Origin: Azolla caroliniana
Taxonomy: Eukaryota; Plantae; Polypodiophyta
Assembly: GCA_043228905.1 (NCBI GenBank)
Contig: JBHGNT010000479.1
Location: 1 to 23,378, forward strand
Direction of reading: 5' to 3'
DNA: 23,378 nt
Below are positions 23,136 to 23,378 of this stretch, piece after piece; the first letter of the stretch is position 1, and each line of letters starts with the position of its first letter. The notes below the pieces were generated by a model. The model saw only the letters and a list, made by a program, of their open reading frames with translations. It searched no databases and was not told the origin of the DNA. A program made the translations under genes and the position numbers.

Positions 23136-23378
23136 AGGGACTTGAGAAGAGCCCGTGAGTGAATTAAAAAGTTCATACCTGGCTCGTGTGATATCGGATT
23201 TTTGTGTCCAAACATGCGTATCGAAGCTAACAACACTAGCTATGATATGGAATTTAAAAATCAAGATTTTGAAACTGAGGTCGAGAGACATGAAGAAATT
23301 AGCAACATTGAGGAGGGATTTGAGAAGAGCACGCGAGTGAATTAAAAAGTTCATACCTGGCTCGTGTGATATCGGATT

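Larger units (their letters stand above)
1..23378 (+). repeat. Tandem satellite DNA array, 178-bp monomer, about 134 monomers, single orientation
   Basis: Motifs such as GGTCGAGAGACATGAAGAAATTAGCAAC and GCTAACAACGCTAGCTATGATATGG recur every 178 bp throughout. ORF-track offsets are multiples of 178 plus or minus small indels (e.g. 6008/6186, 11642/11820). Confidence 0.99.

Noticed and set aside
69-23354. About 90 short ORFs (60-143 aa) with recurring peptides such as MKKLATLRRDLRRARESIK
   Set aside because: They are translations of the 178-bp monomer. The length is not divisible by 3, frames shift and stop every 1-2 monomers, indels ignore frame, and I recognise no protein domain.
1-23378. 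CRISPR array
   Set aside because: The whole unit repeats with no unique spacers, and there are no cas genes or leader.
1-23378. Identity with Arabidopsis CEN178/180, primate alpha satellite, or a CENP-B box
   Set aside because: Only the length is similar. The sequence does not resemble those monomers as I know them, and I see no CENP-B box. Family assignment needs a database search.
1-23378. Tandem 5S rRNA, tRNA or snRNA gene array
   Set aside because: No recognisable 5S or tRNA sequence or Pol III boxes, and large internal deletions are tolerated and amplified.
1-23378. Inversion or strand switch within the array
   Set aside because: All monomers read in the same orientation; minus-strand ORFs are just the reverse translation of the same repeat.

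Overview
The whole 23,378-bp window is one head-to-tail satellite DNA array with a 178-bp monomer (about 39% GC; consensus GAAACTCAGGTCGAGAGACATGAAGAAATTAGCAACTTTGAGGAGGGACTTGAGAAGAGCCCGTGAGTCAATTAAAATGTTCATACCTGGCTCGTGTGATATCGGATTTTTGTGTTCAAACATGCGTATCGAAGCTAACAACGCTAGCTATGATATGGAATTAAAAAATCAAGATTTT). All monomers are in one orientation. It looks like a eukaryotic, probably plant, centromeric/pericentromeric or subtelomeric satellite; I cannot name the family or species. No genes are supported, and the listed ORFs are by-products of the repeat. Main points: (1) the window end joins the window start seamlessly, and my indel tally gives exactly 134 monomers, so this is a closed circle (collapsed assembly unit, giant higher-order repeat, or eccDNA); (2) there are nested higher-order repeats (HORs) of 3, 7, 9, 11, 12 and 17 monomers plus a 15-kb-spaced duplication; (3) a single 132-bp foreign patch at 7364-7495 ends in degenerate plant-type telomere repeats; (4) deletions fall at short microhomologies, and one 44-bp deletion monomer has been amplified to six copies. 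All alignments were done by eye, so block boundaries are approximate.
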